Source: the human T2T-CHM13v2.0 reference genome, Homo sapiens
NCBI RefSeq assembly: GCF_009914755.1
Contig: NC_060947.1
Reading direction: 5' to 3' (one strand)
Length of the DNA: 64,000 nucleotides
Below the pieces are notes generated by a model that saw nothing but the letters and a program-made list of their open reading frames with translations, ran no database searches and was not told where the DNA came from. The translations under genes and the position numbers were made by a program. Shown piece by piece: positions 1-15,790 of the stretch; the stretch's first letter is position 1, and every line of letters starts with the position of its first letter.

Positions 1-2066
1 TGTTTGGTTTGTCAAAGATCAGTTGGCTGTAAGTATTTTGTTTTACTTCTGGGTTCTCTATTCTGTTCCATTTTTCTATGTGTGTATTTTTATACCAGTG
101 CCATGCTGTTTTGGTGACTACAGCCTTATAGTATAGTTTGAAGTTGGGTAATGTGATGCCTCCAGATTTGTTCTTTTTGTTTCGTCTTGCTTTGGCTATG
201 CGGGCTGTGTTTTGGTTCCATGTAAATTTTAGAATTGTTTCTTCTAGTTTTGTGAAGACTGATGATAGTATTTTGATGGAAATTGCAGTGAATTTGTAGA
301 TCGCTTTTGGCAGCATGGTCATTTTTACAGTATTGATTCCATTCATCCATGAGCATGGGGTATGTTTTCATTTGTTTGTGTTGTCTATTATTTATTTCAG
401 CAGTGTTTTGTAGTTTTCCTTGTAGAGGTCTTTCACCTCCTTGGTTATGTCTGTTCCTAAGGATTTTATTTTATTTTTTGCAGCTATTGTAAAAGGGATC
501 GAGTTCCTGATTTGATTCTCAGCTTGGTCACTGTTGGTGTATAGCAGTGCCCCTGATTTGTGTACGTTAATTTTGTATCCTGAAACTTTACTAAATTCAT
601 TTGTAGAATTAAGGAGCTTTTTAGATGAGTCTGTAGGGTTTTCTAGGTATACGATCATATCATCAGCAAATAGCGACATTTTGACTTCCCCTTTAGCAAT
701 TTGGATGGCCTTTATTTTTTTCTCTTGTCTGATTCCTCTGGCTAGGACTTCCAGTACTATGTTAAATAGAAGTGGTGAAAGTGACAGCTTTGTCTTGTTC
801 AAGTTCTCAGGGGGAGTGTTTTCAACTTTTCCCTGTTCAGTATAATGTTGGCTATGGGTTTGTCATACATGGCTTATGTTACCTTAAGGTAAGTCTCTTC
901 TGTACCAGTTTTGCTGAGGGTTTTAATCATTAAGTGATGCTGGATTTTGTCAAATCCTTATTGTGCATCTATTGAGATGATCATGTGATTTTTGTTTGTA
1001 ATTCTGTTTATGTAGTATATGACATTTACTGACTTACATATGTTAAACCATCCATGCATTTCTGGTAGGAAGCTCTCTTGATCATGGTGGATTATCTTTT
1101 TTGGATATGCTGTTGGATTCCATTTGCTAAAATTTTGTTGAGGATTTTTGCATCTATGGTAATCAGGGATATTGGTCTGTAGCTTTTTTTTATGTCCTCT
1201 GGTTTTGGTATTAGGGTGATACTGGCTTCATAGAATGATTTAGGGAGTATTCCCTCTTTCTCAATCTTTTGGAATAGTTTCAGTAGGATTGGTACCTATG
1301 CTTCTTTGAATATCTGATAGAATTCAGCTGTGAATCCCTCTGGTCCTGGACTTATTTTTGTTGAAAATATTTTATTACCATTCAAGCTTCTTGGAGGCTT
1401 TGTTCATTTTATTTTTTTAATTCTTTCTTTGTCTTTGTCAGGTTGGGTTAATATGAAAGCCTTGTCCTCAAGCTCTGAAGGTCTTTCTTCTACTTGTTCA
1501 ATTTTATTGTTGAAACTTTCCAGTTTAGTTAGCATTTCTCTAAGTGTGGCTTTCATTGCCAGAAATTGCGATTGTTTTTTATTTATGCTATATATTTCTC
1601 TAAAGATTTTTTATATTCTTATCCTGTATTATTATTTTATTTTCTTTAATTTGGTTTTTGCCTTTCTCTGGTGCCTCCTTGAGTAGCTTAATAATCAGCC
1701 TTCTGAATTCTTACTGACAATTCAGAGATTTCTTCTGAGTTTGGATCTATTACTGGTGAGCTAGTGTGATCTTTTGAGGGTGTTAAAGAACCTTCCTTTT
1801 CCGTATTACCAGAGATGTTTTTCTGGTTCCTTCTCTCTTCTCATTGGGTAGGCCATGTCAGAAGAAAGATATAGGGCTCAAGGGCTGATGTTCAGATTAT
1901 TTTGTCCCACAGGGTGATTCCTTGATGTGGTGCTCTCCCCATTTGCCTAGGGATGGGGCTTCCTGAGATCCAGACTGCAGTGATGGTTATTGCTCTTCTG
2001 GGTCTAGCCAACCAGTAGAGCTACCAGGCTTCAGGCTGGTACTAGGGAGTGTCTGCAAAGAGTCTT
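1..2066 (-). mobile_element. Old LINE-1 (L1PB-like): ORF2 RT part (1-~1378) joined by an internal deletion to ORF1/5'UTR (~1381-2066)
   Basis: ORF 392..802(-) gives [14 protein letters not shown]...[14 protein letters not shown] (L1 RT). At ~1380 the sequence switches to the ORF1-like reverse complement AAATGAACAAAGCCTCCAAGAA. The element runs off the window start. Confidence 0.85.
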
Positions 2067-3630
2067 TTTTTTTTTTTTTTTAGTATTTATTGATCATTCT
2101 TGGGTGTTTCTTGGAGAGGGGGATTTGGCAGGGTCATAGGACAATAGTGGAGGGAAGGTCAGCAGATAAACAAGTGAACAAAGGTCTCTGGTTTTCCTAG
2201 GCAGAGGGCCCTGCTGCCTTCCGCAGTGTTTGTGTCCCTGGGTACTTGAGATTAAGGAGTGGTGATGACTCTTAACGAGTATGCTGCCTTCAAGCATCTG
2301 TTTAACAAAGCACATCTTGCACTGCCCTTAATCCATTTAACACTTAGTGGACACAGCCCATGTTTCAGAGAGCACGGGGTTGGGGGTAAGGTTATAGATT
2401 AACAGCATCCCAAGACAGAAGAATTTTTCTTAGTACAGAACAAAATGGAGTCTCCTATGTCTACTTCTTTCTACACAGTCACAGTAACAATCTGATCTCT
2501 CTTTCTTTTCCACACATTTCCCCCTTTTCTATTTGACAAAACCGCCATCATCATCATGGCCTGTTCTCAATGAGCTATTGGGTACACCTCCCAGATGGGG
2601 TGGTGGCCGGGCAGAGGGGCTCCTCACTTCCAAGACGGGGTGGCCGGGCAGAGGTGCCCCCCACCTCCCAGACGGGGTGGCGGCTGAGCGGGGGCTGCCC
2701 CCCACCTCCCGGACGGGGTGGCTGGCCGGGCGGGGGCTGCCCCCCACCTCCCGGACGGGGTGGCTGCCGGGCGGAGACACTCCTCACTTCCCAGATGGGG
2801 TGGCTGCCGGGCGGAGGGGCTCCTCACTTCCCAGAAAAGGTGGCTGCCAGGCGGAGGGGCTCCTCACTTCTCAGACCGGGCGGCCGGTCAGAGACGCTCC
2901 TCACCTCCCAGATGGGGTGGCGGTGGGGCAGAGACACTCCTCAGTTCCCAGACGGGGTCATTGCCGGGCAGAGGCACTCTTCACATCTCAGGTGGGGCAG
3001 CGGGGCAGAGGCACTCCCCACATCCCAGACGATGGGTGGCCGGGCAGAGACGCTCCTCACTTCCTAGACGGGATGACGGCTGGGAAGAGGCACTCCTCAC
3101 TTCCCAGACTGGGTGGCCGGGCAGAGGGGCTCCTCACATCCCAGATGATGGGCAGCCAGGCAGAGATGCTCTTCACTTCCTAGATAGGGTGGCGGCTGGG
3201 CAGAGGCTGCAATCTCAGCACTTTGGGAGGCCAAGGCAGGTGGCTGGGAGGTGGAGGTTGTAGCGAGCCGAGATCACACTACTGCACTCCAGCCTGGGCA
3301 ACATTGAGCACTGAGTGAGCGAGACTCCGTCTGCAATCCCGGCACCTCAGGAGGCCGAGGCTGGCAGATCACTCACGGTCAGGAGCTGGAGACCAGCCCG
3401 GCCAGCACGGCGAAACCCCGTCTCCACCAAAAAATACGAAAACCAGTCAGGCGTGGTGGCACGTGCCTGCAATCCCGGGCACTCGGCAGGCTGAGGCAGG
3501 AGAATCAGGCAGGGAGGTTGCAGTGAGCCGAGATGGCAGCAGTACAGTCCAGCCTCGGCTCGGCATCAGAGGGAGACCATGCAAAGGGGAGAGGGAGAGG
3601 GAGAAGGACAGGAAGAGGGAGAGGGAGAGC
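2067..3630 (-). mobile_element. SVA retrotransposon, essentially full-length, older (SVA_A/B-like) type
   Basis: Poly-T 2065-2081, SINE-R (~2082-2580), GC-rich VNTR (~2585-3200), Alu-like region (~3200-3580), degenerate (GAGAGG)n hexamers 3586-3630. Perfect TSD CTGCAAAGAGTCTT at 2053-2066 and 3631-3644. Confidence 0.96.
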
Positions 3631-4024
3631 CTGCAAAGAGTCTTATGATGTGATCAATCTTCAGGTCTCTCAGCCATGGATACCACAGCCTGCTCCAGTG
3701 GAGGTAGTAGGGAAGTGAAGTGGACTCTGTGATGATCTTTAGTTATAGTTTTGTTTAGTGTGCTGGTTTTCTCAAATGCTGGTTGTACTAGCAGTGAAGA
3801 TGTCAAATAGGCAGACTCAGGACCTCTGGATAGCCAAGATTTTAGCAGGTGGTGAAAGTAGATGTTGTTTTCTCCTTCCTTGAAGCAGGGTTGCTCTGTT
3901 ATGAGTTGCTGTAATGGCTTGAGTTGGTTGGCCTACAACCAGGAGGTAGCATGCTAAAGAGAGCATCAGTTGTGGTAGTATGGGGGGATACAAGCTTGAC
4001 CTAAGGTCGCCCAGATAAGTATTC
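3631..4024 (-). mobile_element. Continuation of the old L1 5'UTR interrupted by the SVA
   Basis: Sequence resumes across the SVA TSD with L1PB-type 5'UTR-like sequence. Confidence 0.65.
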
Positions 4025-5115
4025 TTTTGACATTTTAATAATAGCCATTTTGACAGGTGTGAGATGGTATCTCATGTGGTTTTGATTTGCATTTCTCTAA
4101 TTATCAGTGATATTGAGTTCTTTTTCATATGCTTGTTGGCTGCACGTATGTCTTCCTTTAAAAAGTGTCTGTTCATGTTCTTTGCCCACTTTTTAATGGG
4201 GTTGTTTGTTTTTTTCTTGTACATTTAAGTTTCTTACAGGTGCAGGATATTAGACCTTTGTCAAATGTATAGTTTGCAAAAATTTTCTCCTACACTGTAG
4301 GTTGTCTGTTTACTCTGTTGATAGTTTATTTTGCTGTACAGAAGCTCTTTAGTTGAATTATATCCAATTTATCAATTTTTGCTTTTGTTGCAATTGCTTT
4401 TCGCATCTTTGTCATGAAATATTTGCCCATTCCTATGTCAAGAATGGTATTGCCTAGGTTGTCTTCCAGGATTTTTATAGTTTTAGGTTTTATATTTACA
4501 TCTTAATCTATCTTCAGGTGATTTTTGTATATGGTGTAAGGAAGGGGTTCAGTTTCAATCTTCTGCATATGACTAGCCAGTTATCCCAGGCACTATTTAT
4601 TGAATAGGGAATCTTCTCCTTGTTGCTTGTTTTTGTCAGCTTTGTCAACAATCAGATAGTTGTAGGTGTGTGGCCTTATTTCTGGGCTTTCTAGTCTGTT
4701 CCATTGGTCTATGTGTCTGTTTGTGTACCAGTGCCATGCTTTTTTGGTTACAGTAGCCCTGTAGTATAGTTTGAAGTTGGGTAGCATGATGCCTCCTGCT
4801 TTGTTATTTTTACTTAGAATTGCCTTGACTATTCATGCTCTTTTTCAGTTCCACATGAATTTTAAAATAGTTTTTTTTTCTAGTTCTATGAAGTATATTC
4901 TTGGTAATTTCATAGAAATAGCATTGAATCTATACATTGCTTTGGGCCATATGGCCATTTTAATGGTATTGATCCTTCATATCCATGAACACGGAATGTT
5001 TTTCCATTTGGTTATGCAATCTCTGATTACTTCAAGCAGTGTTTTGTAGTTCTCCATGTAGTAATCCTTCACCTCCCTGATTAGCTGCATTCAAAGGTAT
5101 TTTATTATTTTTGTT
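4025..5115 (-). mobile_element. Old primate L1 (L1PA-old/L1PB) ORF2 3' fragment
   Basis: ORF 4593..4787(-): [30 protein letters not shown]...GEDSLFNK. Confidence 0.85.
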
Positions 5116-6670
5116 CCTTGCCCATTTTTAATCATGTTATTTGTTTTCTTGTTATTGAGTTGTTTGAGTTTCTTATATATTATGGAAATCAACCTCTTAT
5201 CAGATACAAGATTTACAGATATTTTCTCCCATTCTATATGTTGTCTCTTCACTCAGGCTTGTTTCCTTGGCTGTGCAGAAGCTTTTCAATTTGATACTAT
5301 CTCATTTGTTAATGTTGCTTTTGTTGCCTGTACTTTCAGGGTCATATCCAAAAAACCAATGTCATGGAGACTTCCCCCTATGTTTTTTTCTTGTATTTTC
5401 ATAGTTTAGAGTCTTATACTTAATTCTTTATCCGTTTTCAGTTGATTTTTTTTATATAAAAGGAGGTCACAGTCTAATTTCATTATTATACATGTGGATA
5501 TCCAGTTTTTAAGCACCATTTATTGAAGACTGTCTTTCCCTCAATGTGTGTTCCTGGTACTTTTGTCAAAAATCAGTTGGCTGTATACAAAAAGGAATAA
5601 ATTAATAACACTTTCAGTGACCTGGATGAGATTGGAGACTATTATTTTAAGTGAAGTAACTCAGGAATGGAAAACTAAACATTGTATATTCTCACTGATA
5701 TGTGGGAGCTAATCTATGAGGATGCAAAGGCATAAGAATGATATAATGTACTTTGGGGACTTGGGAGGAAGGGAGAGGGGGGCAAAGATAAAAGACTACA
5801 AATATGGTGCAGTGTATACTGCTTGGGTGATGGGTGCACCAAAATCTCACAAATTACCACTAAATAACTTACTCATGTAACCAAATACCAACTGTATCCC
5901 AATAACTTACATAAAAAAAATCAGCTGACTACAAATGTGTGAACTTACTTCTGGCTCTCTATTCTGTTTTTTTGCTCTATATGTCTGTTTTCATGCCCTT
6001 TCCATACTGTTTTTGTTACCATAGCTTTGTAGTACATTTTGAAGTCAAGTAAGTGTGATGCTTCCAACTTTATTCTTTTTGCCCAGGATTGCTTTAGCTA
6101 TTCAAGATCTTTCATGGTTCCATACAAACTTTAGCATTGGTTTTTCTATTTCTGTGAGGAATGTCATTGGTGAGAAGAGCCTGGTTCCTGGGGTGAGTGA
6201 TGTTGCTCCTGAAGTGGTGCAGACTGGAAATGGACTCTGCCTCACAGACGTGAACTGGGGCTGTAAGGTCCCACCTGCTACCAGGATAGGTCTGGTGTCT
6301 AAGTCTGCAAGTTCCTACCTGGAGTGTGGAGCCCTGGTGACCTGCCTGGTGCTTGATTTTACTGTGGCAGGCCCAGTGTTCCAGTCTAAGGCAAAGGTCT
6401 CTGCTCACTTCCTTCTTTTCCCCAAGCAAGTAAAATATCTCTCTACACTGTGCTAACTGGGGTTGAGGGAGGGGTGACATGGGTCGTATAAGACTCTCCT
6501 TCCTACCCACTTCCATGTGTTTTTACTTATTATTGTGCTACAATCCGGTGCTGTGGTTTCCTTAGCTCCTGTTAAGATATTTTCATCTGTAGATAGTTGT
6601 TTGAATTGATGTTTCTGTAGGAGGGCTATGACTGCAGAGTCCCATTCCACCACCTTCTGCTGCCTCTCCT
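5116..6670 (-). mobile_element. L1M fragments (ORF2 3' part plus 5'-end-like segment), interrupted at ~5586-5920
   Basis: Degenerate antisense L1 ORF2 motifs (gcaccatttattgaagactgtc, ccatagctttgtagtacattttgaagtc). Confidence 0.65.
5586..5920 (+). mobile_element. 5'-truncated L1PB 3' end
   Basis: L1PB 3'UTR signature (gaggatgcaaaggcataagaatgat...gtgatgggtgcaccaaaatctcacaaat) and A-tail. Degenerate TSD aaaatcagttggct / aaaatcagctgact. Confidence 0.8.
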
Positions 6671-7185
6671 CAATCTTATTTATTTATTTAATCTGGGAAA
6701 AGTGGTGAGATATAGTGGAAAGAGCACTGAACTAGGAGTCAGAAGACTATGCTTTTGCCTTTCTGCCTTTCTTCAAGAAGTCTACCTACCTCAGTACCTT
6801 CCACCAATCTACCTCTTCTCTTCTCCCTTCACTCATGAGTGATCAGTGCATTTTATTCTTCACCATTCCTCACTCAGGATAAGGCTCTATGTCACATGCT
6901 CAGAGTGTAGAGAATAAAAAAAAAAACACATAAACTGACCTTGATAACATGTTTCTGACCCTGAGGATACGTTTCTTACCTTGAAGAAACATTCCTGAAC
7001 CTGAGGAGCAACCAATGTGGTAGGAGGTCTGTGTTCTGGAGGACACAGCACAAAATTTGGAGTTAGAAACCCTGTCTACACTTCCCCACTCTGCCACTTA
7101 ACATTTCTGTCACCTTGGAGTAGCCATTTTAACCTATTTGAGCCTTAGTATCTGTATTTACAAAACAGAATTAATAATATTTTAC

Positions 7186-9585
<2,400 letters not shown>

Positions 9586-9655
9586 CTTACAGTGTAACCT
9601 ACCAATGTTGTTGTGAGGTTTACATAAGCTCACATATCTTGCTAAACTTTTTAAA

Positions 9656-9828
9656 CCAGGAATTCTTAGCCCTGGCTATGCATCAGAATCACCTGAGAAG
9701 ATTTAAAAATTAGAAATTTCCAGTCCCCACCCCAGACCAGTTATGTCAGAATCACTAGGTATGGCACTCACGACTCAGTAGTTTCTAAATATCCTTAGGT
9801 GATCCCAATGTACAGCCAGGACTGAGAC
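9656..9828. mobile_element. MER5A-like hAT-Charlie MITE
   Basis: catcagaatcacctg...cccaccccagacc...ggtgatcccaatgtacagccaggactgaga. Confidence 0.7.
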
Positions 9829-9834
9829 TTTGAT

Positions 9835-9933
9835 TTTTTTCTTTTTTCTTTTTTTTTGAGATGGAGTCTCGCTTTGTCACCCAGGCTGGAGTGCAGTGGC
9901 GTGATCTTGGCTCATTGAAACCTCCACCTCCCA
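9835..9933 (-). mobile_element. Severely 5'-truncated Alu (last ~75 nt plus tail)
   Basis: Poly-T then gagatggagtctcgctttgtcacccaggctggagtgcag...cctccc; flanked by ctttgattt direct repeats. Confidence 0.85.
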
Positions 9934-11639
9934 GAGAACCTTTGATTTAAACAGCAAAACATACAGAAATAATACCATCCCCACTGACTGAACATTGGAC
10001 TGAATAGTAGGTGTGTTTCAGGTAATTTCTCTTACGGTAGTCCCATTAAGATAGTCACATGTAAATGATGACAGCACATGGCAATATACGGGGATGTTAT
10101 AAGGGCTGTACAAAGAAAATTGTTCTGGAAATATAGGAAAGAAAGAGATTGCTTCCAACTGAAGAGCCCAGAAAAGGTTTCATATAGGAGGTAGCATCTG
10201 AGCTAGACTTAAAAGCAAGGTAGTATTTCAAGAAACAGAAATAGAGGGACAGTATGGAATGATTAGTTCAGGCATAAAAATGCATAGCCTAAATTATGTA
10301 TGTGCCTTATACATATTTAATCTTCACAAACACTATATAAAGGTTGTTAGTACTATTTTACATATGGGGAAACTGAGGCACAGATAAGTTGAGGTCATAC
10401 AGCTAGGAAGTAGCCCAACCAGGATAGTTGTCCAAGCAGGCACCAAGATGTAGAGCATCTCTGACATGTGCAGTGCTTTTCCTTGGGAAGATTAATCTGG
10501 CCATAGTATAGATGATGATGACCGAAGGAGTGAAAGATGAGGCCGAGAGATAGGCTAGTGCAATATTTAGCCTCGGATGTGACAGAGGTTTGAACTAGAA
10601 TATTAAGCCCTTGAGTTATTACTATAGGTAAGGCTGCTCTTCTCTATGAAGGAGAAGAGGAAATGGGCTTATGTTTTATCAGGAAGGATTTGAATTAACT
10701 CTGAGAAAGGACTGCCCTATGGTGAAGGTTGGTAGAAAAGGAAACAGAACTGGAGGGGAAGGAAATTGGGGTATCTCTTAGGAAGGTTGGGAGATGGAGA
10801 AGACCTCCTAGCGTCCATCCAGGTCTTAGACTCTCTGAATCGGCTATGCTTAATAAATAGCCCACCTGGATCCATGAAACATGATGGAAATCTAAAATGT
10901 ACACAAATGAGCAGAAAAACCATTCTTTTCGTTAAGAGTCTGAACTTGCTAATGAGTAATCTTCAGGCAGAAAGGGTTTTTCTTAGCTAGGCTGGAACTC
11001 CCTGCTTCCATTCCGCAAAGAACAGTAGCGCCAGAGGCTGACCTCTTCCTTCAAGGTGATTCTCCAGAATTCTATGCTCCATACTTTCTCTTGCTTCTCC
11101 CCTCTCTCCCTTCCCTTCCTTTTCTCCGATCCATTGGCACTAAGCCCAGGATACTCCTCCTACAAGGAAGGGCAGTAGGCTCATCCACCCAGTTTAACCA
11201 GTTTGCAAGCACATCCCACCTTGCTGTTCTGAGACCAACAACCCGTTTCTTCTCCCATACTGAAAGACCACTTTGCCCCACTCTGTTTGAGATTTGCCAG
11301 AACAAATAGGGAAACCTACCTCGATCTATTTTTTTCAGATGGGGACTTCCCAAACTATGCCATAGGAATACTGGGTTGGAGTGGGGGCTAGAGAGCCCTA
11401 GGAAACTAAGAGGATGTTCTGCTTAAAACAGAAAAAGTAGGCAGCCCTTCCCAGTGTGGTCTTCTTGACCTACTCATGAAGTGCCTCAGTCAAGAGCCTG
11501 GTGGTATGTGGCACAGGGCATAGAATACTACATGGAGAGTCAGAAGACCTGGGCTACATAGAGTGCCCAGTTCTGTCAGTCTCATCCTGGTTTGAATGTG
11601 TTTCCCTCATCTGTAAAGAAAAGAGATGATGTTATCACA

Positions 11640-12345
11640 GAAAGAGAGCTTCCAGATGGAGGGACACAACACTATCTGTGAAGGAGTTTTGCCAAAAAAA
11701 CTGAATCGGAATCTGATCAAGTCTCTATATCACCTCAATTTACAGGGAATAGAACATAGAAAAACATTATATCAAAATATATGTAGTCAGTAAAATGCCT
11801 TTCACATTGTGCAAAATGCTAAAACAAACAAAGAAACAAAGAAAAAAAAGCTTCCCCAATAAATACAAGGAGGGAAGGATAGAGGCAAGGAGAGGGAGAG
11901 GGAGATGGAACCCAGAAACTAAGCTTAACAGAGCCTTAAGAGACATATCAGTCATTCGTAATATACGGACCTTTGTATTCTTATGGGAACACAGCTGTTT
12001 GAAAATTAAATTTGTGAGACACTCAGTGAAATCTGAACACTGAATGAATACTGTATGATATTAAGAATGTATTCTTAGTATTTTTTTAGATTTGATAATG
12101 GTATTACACTTATAATTTTTAAAGAGTCTATATTATTCAGAGATACATGCTATTTTCAGACAAAATGATATGATGACATCAAGGATTTGCTTCACAATAA
12201 CCCAGAGATGTGTGGTGAGGGAGTGAATGGAGAAATAAAGTTACTAGTTGCTGAAACTGGATAATGGGTATATGAGGGTTCATTATACTGTTTTCTCTAC
12301 TTTTGTATGTGTTTGAAAGTTTCAATAACAAAATTTAAAAACAGA
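11640..12345 (+). mobile_element. Ancient L1ME-like 3' end
   Basis: ggatttgcttcacaataacccag...gggttcattatactgttttctctacttttgtatgtgtttgaaa...A-rich end. Confidence 0.65.
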
Positions 12346-13111
12346 AAGCATCGTCTACTCCAGCAATTTTGGAGTCCCAGAATTCTGAGAAAAGACCTGG
12401 AAGGCTATTATAAGGTAAGAGGATGTATGTATGGGAATGAAGGCATATAAAGCCCATCCCTGCTTCATTCTCAGCAATGCCACTTTAATATGTTTTCTGG
12501 ATAGCTTGAATACTCTATCTTTGGCAGCCCAGGCATACTTGAGCTTGGTTTGAGGCTAGCCAAGCTGCTTACGCTTTAGCCTGAGGGAGATCCACTTTCA
12601 AACTTTTAAATACAAGCAAAAGTAGAGAAGAGTATAAACCGTAGATTTTCCAGCCAGCATTCTTGGGCTGCTCTGCAGCCTGAGGTCCCTGGAATTTATT
12701 GCCTCCTGAATCAGGGGTCTCTAAGACCTCTACCCTGGTTCTAGGCACAGTCTGTAAGTGTCAGGAATATAATTTCCAGTTTGCCTCAGAGAGCCCTCCC
12801 TCACTGCCAGGCCTCCTTCTCTCCCCTAGTGAATAAGGCACACCGACACCGCCAGCCTAGATGACTCATTCTTCAGAGGCCTACCTGCCTCCACTCTTCC
12901 ACTCCCAGTAGTTTTCTGGAACCAATCATTACCTTTGTGTTGAAAATGCCTTTCACATACAATACAACGAAAAGTCATAATTTTCAGGAATAGGAGAGCT
13001 AGAAAGACTTTAGGGGAGGGCCAGGGGAGGGTCATAATTTTGTGTCGGGTCTGCCTTGGCTAGGGAATAAATGACTGTGCGACTTAGAATGTGCAATGAC
13101 GTGAACCCTAC

Positions 13112-13502
13112 TGATATGGTTTGGCTCTGTGTCCCCACCCAAATCTCATCTCTAATTGCAATCTTCATAATCCCCATGTGTTGAGGGAGGGGCCTGGTGG
13201 GAGGTGATTGGATCATAGAGGCAGTTTCCTTTATGCTGTTCTCATGACTGTGAGTGAGTTTTCACAAGATCTGATGGTTTTATTAAGTGTTTGACAGTTC
13301 CTACCTCACACACGCACACTTTCTCTTTTTCCTGCTGCCTTGTGAAGAAGGTACTTGCTTCTCCTTCACCTTCGTTCATGATTATAAGTTTCCTGAGGCC
13401 TCCCCAGCCATGAAGAACTACGAGTCAATTAAACATCTTTCATTTATAAATTACCTAGTCTCTAGTAGTATCTTTATAGCAGTGTGAAAATGGACTAATA
13501 CA
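13112..13502 (+). mobile_element. Solo THE1D-like MaLR LTR
   Basis: tgatatggtttggctctgtgtccccacccaaatctcatc...ggactaataca. Confidence 0.88.
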
Positions 13503-13638
13503 TCAACCAAATGAACATGTCAACAGGCAGGCATATTGTTAAATATTCTGTTGGGGTAGGAGTCAGCTATGGATGCTGAGCTGGAAGAACAAGGTCACTC
13601 TCAGAGCCTGGATGAGACAAAACGTGGTCCTCAGTTGA

Positions 13639-14045
13639 TGCCACAGTTTAGATATTTGAGCCTTCCAAAACTCATGTTAAAATTTGATCCCCAGTGTTGG
13701 AAGTGGGGCATGGTCATGGGGGCAGATTCCTCATCAATCGCTTGGTGCCTTCCTCGAGGTAATGAGTGAGTTCTTGCTCTATTACTTCTGCAACAGATGG
13801 TTGCTTAAAAGAGCCTGGCACTCCCTCCTGTCTCTCGTGCTTCTTCTTGCCATGCGATCTGCACATACCAGCTCTCATTCATGTTCCACCATGAGTAGAA
13901 GCTTCCTGGGGCCCTCATCACAAGCAGATATTGATGCCTTGCTTTCTGTACAGCCTGCAAACCATGAGACAAATAAACCTCTTTTCTTTATAAATTACTC
14001 AGTCTCAAGTATTCCTTTATATCAATACAAAAATAGGCTAAGACA
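13639..14045 (+). mobile_element. Solo MSTB-like MaLR LTR
   Basis: ctcatgttaaaatttgatccccagtgttggaagtgggg...aataaacctcttttctttataaattac...ctaagaca. Confidence 0.82.
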
Positions 14046-15352
14046 GCTGGAAGGGAAGACCCTGTCAGACTGCCCCTCTCATTCTCTAACTTCATAGACC
14101 TCTCCTATCCTATGATAGCCCTAAAACGGAAATAGAAGTAGCTCTGAGAGACAATTCTAGAAGCACTGAAGGGGAAGCTTCAGTGACTTGGCGGCTTCCG
14201 AGAGTCAGTCAATCAGATGGGAGCTAGGATGCTGAAGTAGGGCCAGTCTACCAGCCACACTTTCTGAATTTTACTTCAAACCTGTGAAAAACAAATCCTT
14301 GCCTACCCAGAGAGGTATGCAGCACCTCATTCCTGCTCCCAATTCTCGCTGTTGGCTTGCAGCCATCAGCTCTCTGCAAAATCCAGCAAGCATACTGTCA
14401 TATTTAGAACCAATATGAAAGGACAGCTTTCACATTCTCCCCAAATTTACTTTTGCTGAATGTCAACTTGGAGGAAACATTTCCCTACTTGCCCTTATCC
14501 CAGTCTCTGTTCATCCCTAGCAATAGATTCTTTCCAAACAGCTTGGGTTGGAGATGCCTGACAGGGTATCCTTTCAGTGTGTCAGGATCTAATGAGATGA
14601 TAAGTTCTGCTTTACAGAATTTGGTACTCATCTTCAAGCCTTCTCCTCCCTCAATTGGTGGAGGCACCAGAATGCTAATTATAAAAATGCAAGGCAGCTC
14701 CAAGCACCAGATACTCAAGCTCTTAAGGAGAGGAAGCATCTTTTCCTGGGATTGGAACCCAAGCTTCCCTCCTGCCTGGGACCCATACAGCTGCTGAGCA
14801 TTTATGCACATGGCCCACTCCACCAGTAAGTGAAATCCACAAAGAATCTGAAAACCTAATTTCAGCTACTATCATATTACCAGAACTCCCTGCTCCACTA
14901 CGCTTTTCCTCATTTTACTTTTTAATATGGAAATATTCAGACATCCATACAAATAGAATCATATAGTGAATCCCCATTTACCCACTACCCAGCTTCAAAA
15001 GTTAAGAATTAATGGCCATTCTTGTTTCAAACTTCCTTTCTGGAGTATTGTAAAGCATATTGCAAGCACACCATCATATCTTTTCACCCATATATACCTC
15101 AGATTATACCTTTTATACTTTTTTTTAACCAGATATAAACAAAAGATATAAAAGGCCTCTTTAGAGGTAGATAAATTCTGGTCTTAGTTCTGCCACTGAC
15201 ATACACTTTAATTTTGGGATAGTCCCTTTCCCTCTCTAGACCTCAATTTTCTCATCTGTGTAATGGAGTAGAAAACGTTGAAGCTGTGTGTGTGTGTATC
15301 TGTGTGTGTGTGAGTGCACGTGCCTTTGTGTTGTGAGAATGGCATACTAACC

Positions 15353-15506
15353 TAGTGCTTTTCAAGTTTTAAAGTGCACAGGGGTTCCCTGCTACAATGG
15401 ATATTCTGATTCAGTAAATCTGAAGTGGAATCTTGGATCATGCATTTCTAAGTTTTCAGGTAATAAAACTGCTGCTGATCCACATGACACACCTTGAGTA
15501 AGAAGG
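15353..15506. mobile_element. MER5B-like MITE relic
   Basis: attctgattcagtaaatctgaagtgg...tgcatttctaag...gctgctgatccac. Confidence 0.55.
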
Positions 15507-15677
15507 CTAAGTATCTCAAAGTCAGGGATATTCCAAGTTTTGCAATTCCACAAGACCAAAATTCCTGATAATTTTGTCCATCTTTCTACCAGTAGGTGGG
15601 AAGCATGGATTAAATCCTCCCAGGCAAACTGGCCCAATTTTTAAATCTTCAAGTGAAGGCTAATCACAGATTCCAGG

Positions 15678-15790
15678 CAATGGTGTGTTAAAGCCAGCTC
15701 ACACCAACTCTCAAGAGCTGATTGTAAACAATTTTCAAGAAATTTGTGAGCCAGTTGTCAAAAATCAAACCATCATTAAAAATTAAATTA
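15678..15790 (+). mobile_element. MER63 (hAT-Blackjack) left part
   Basis: Left terminus caatggtgtgttaaagccagctc...gagctgattgt...attaaaaattaaatta; resumes at ~22391. Confidence 0.75.

Noticed and set aside
2529-3263. Overlapping 67-216 aa Gly/Pro/Arg-rich ORFs
   Set aside because: They lie in the stop-poor GC-rich SVA VNTR and are repeat artefacts.
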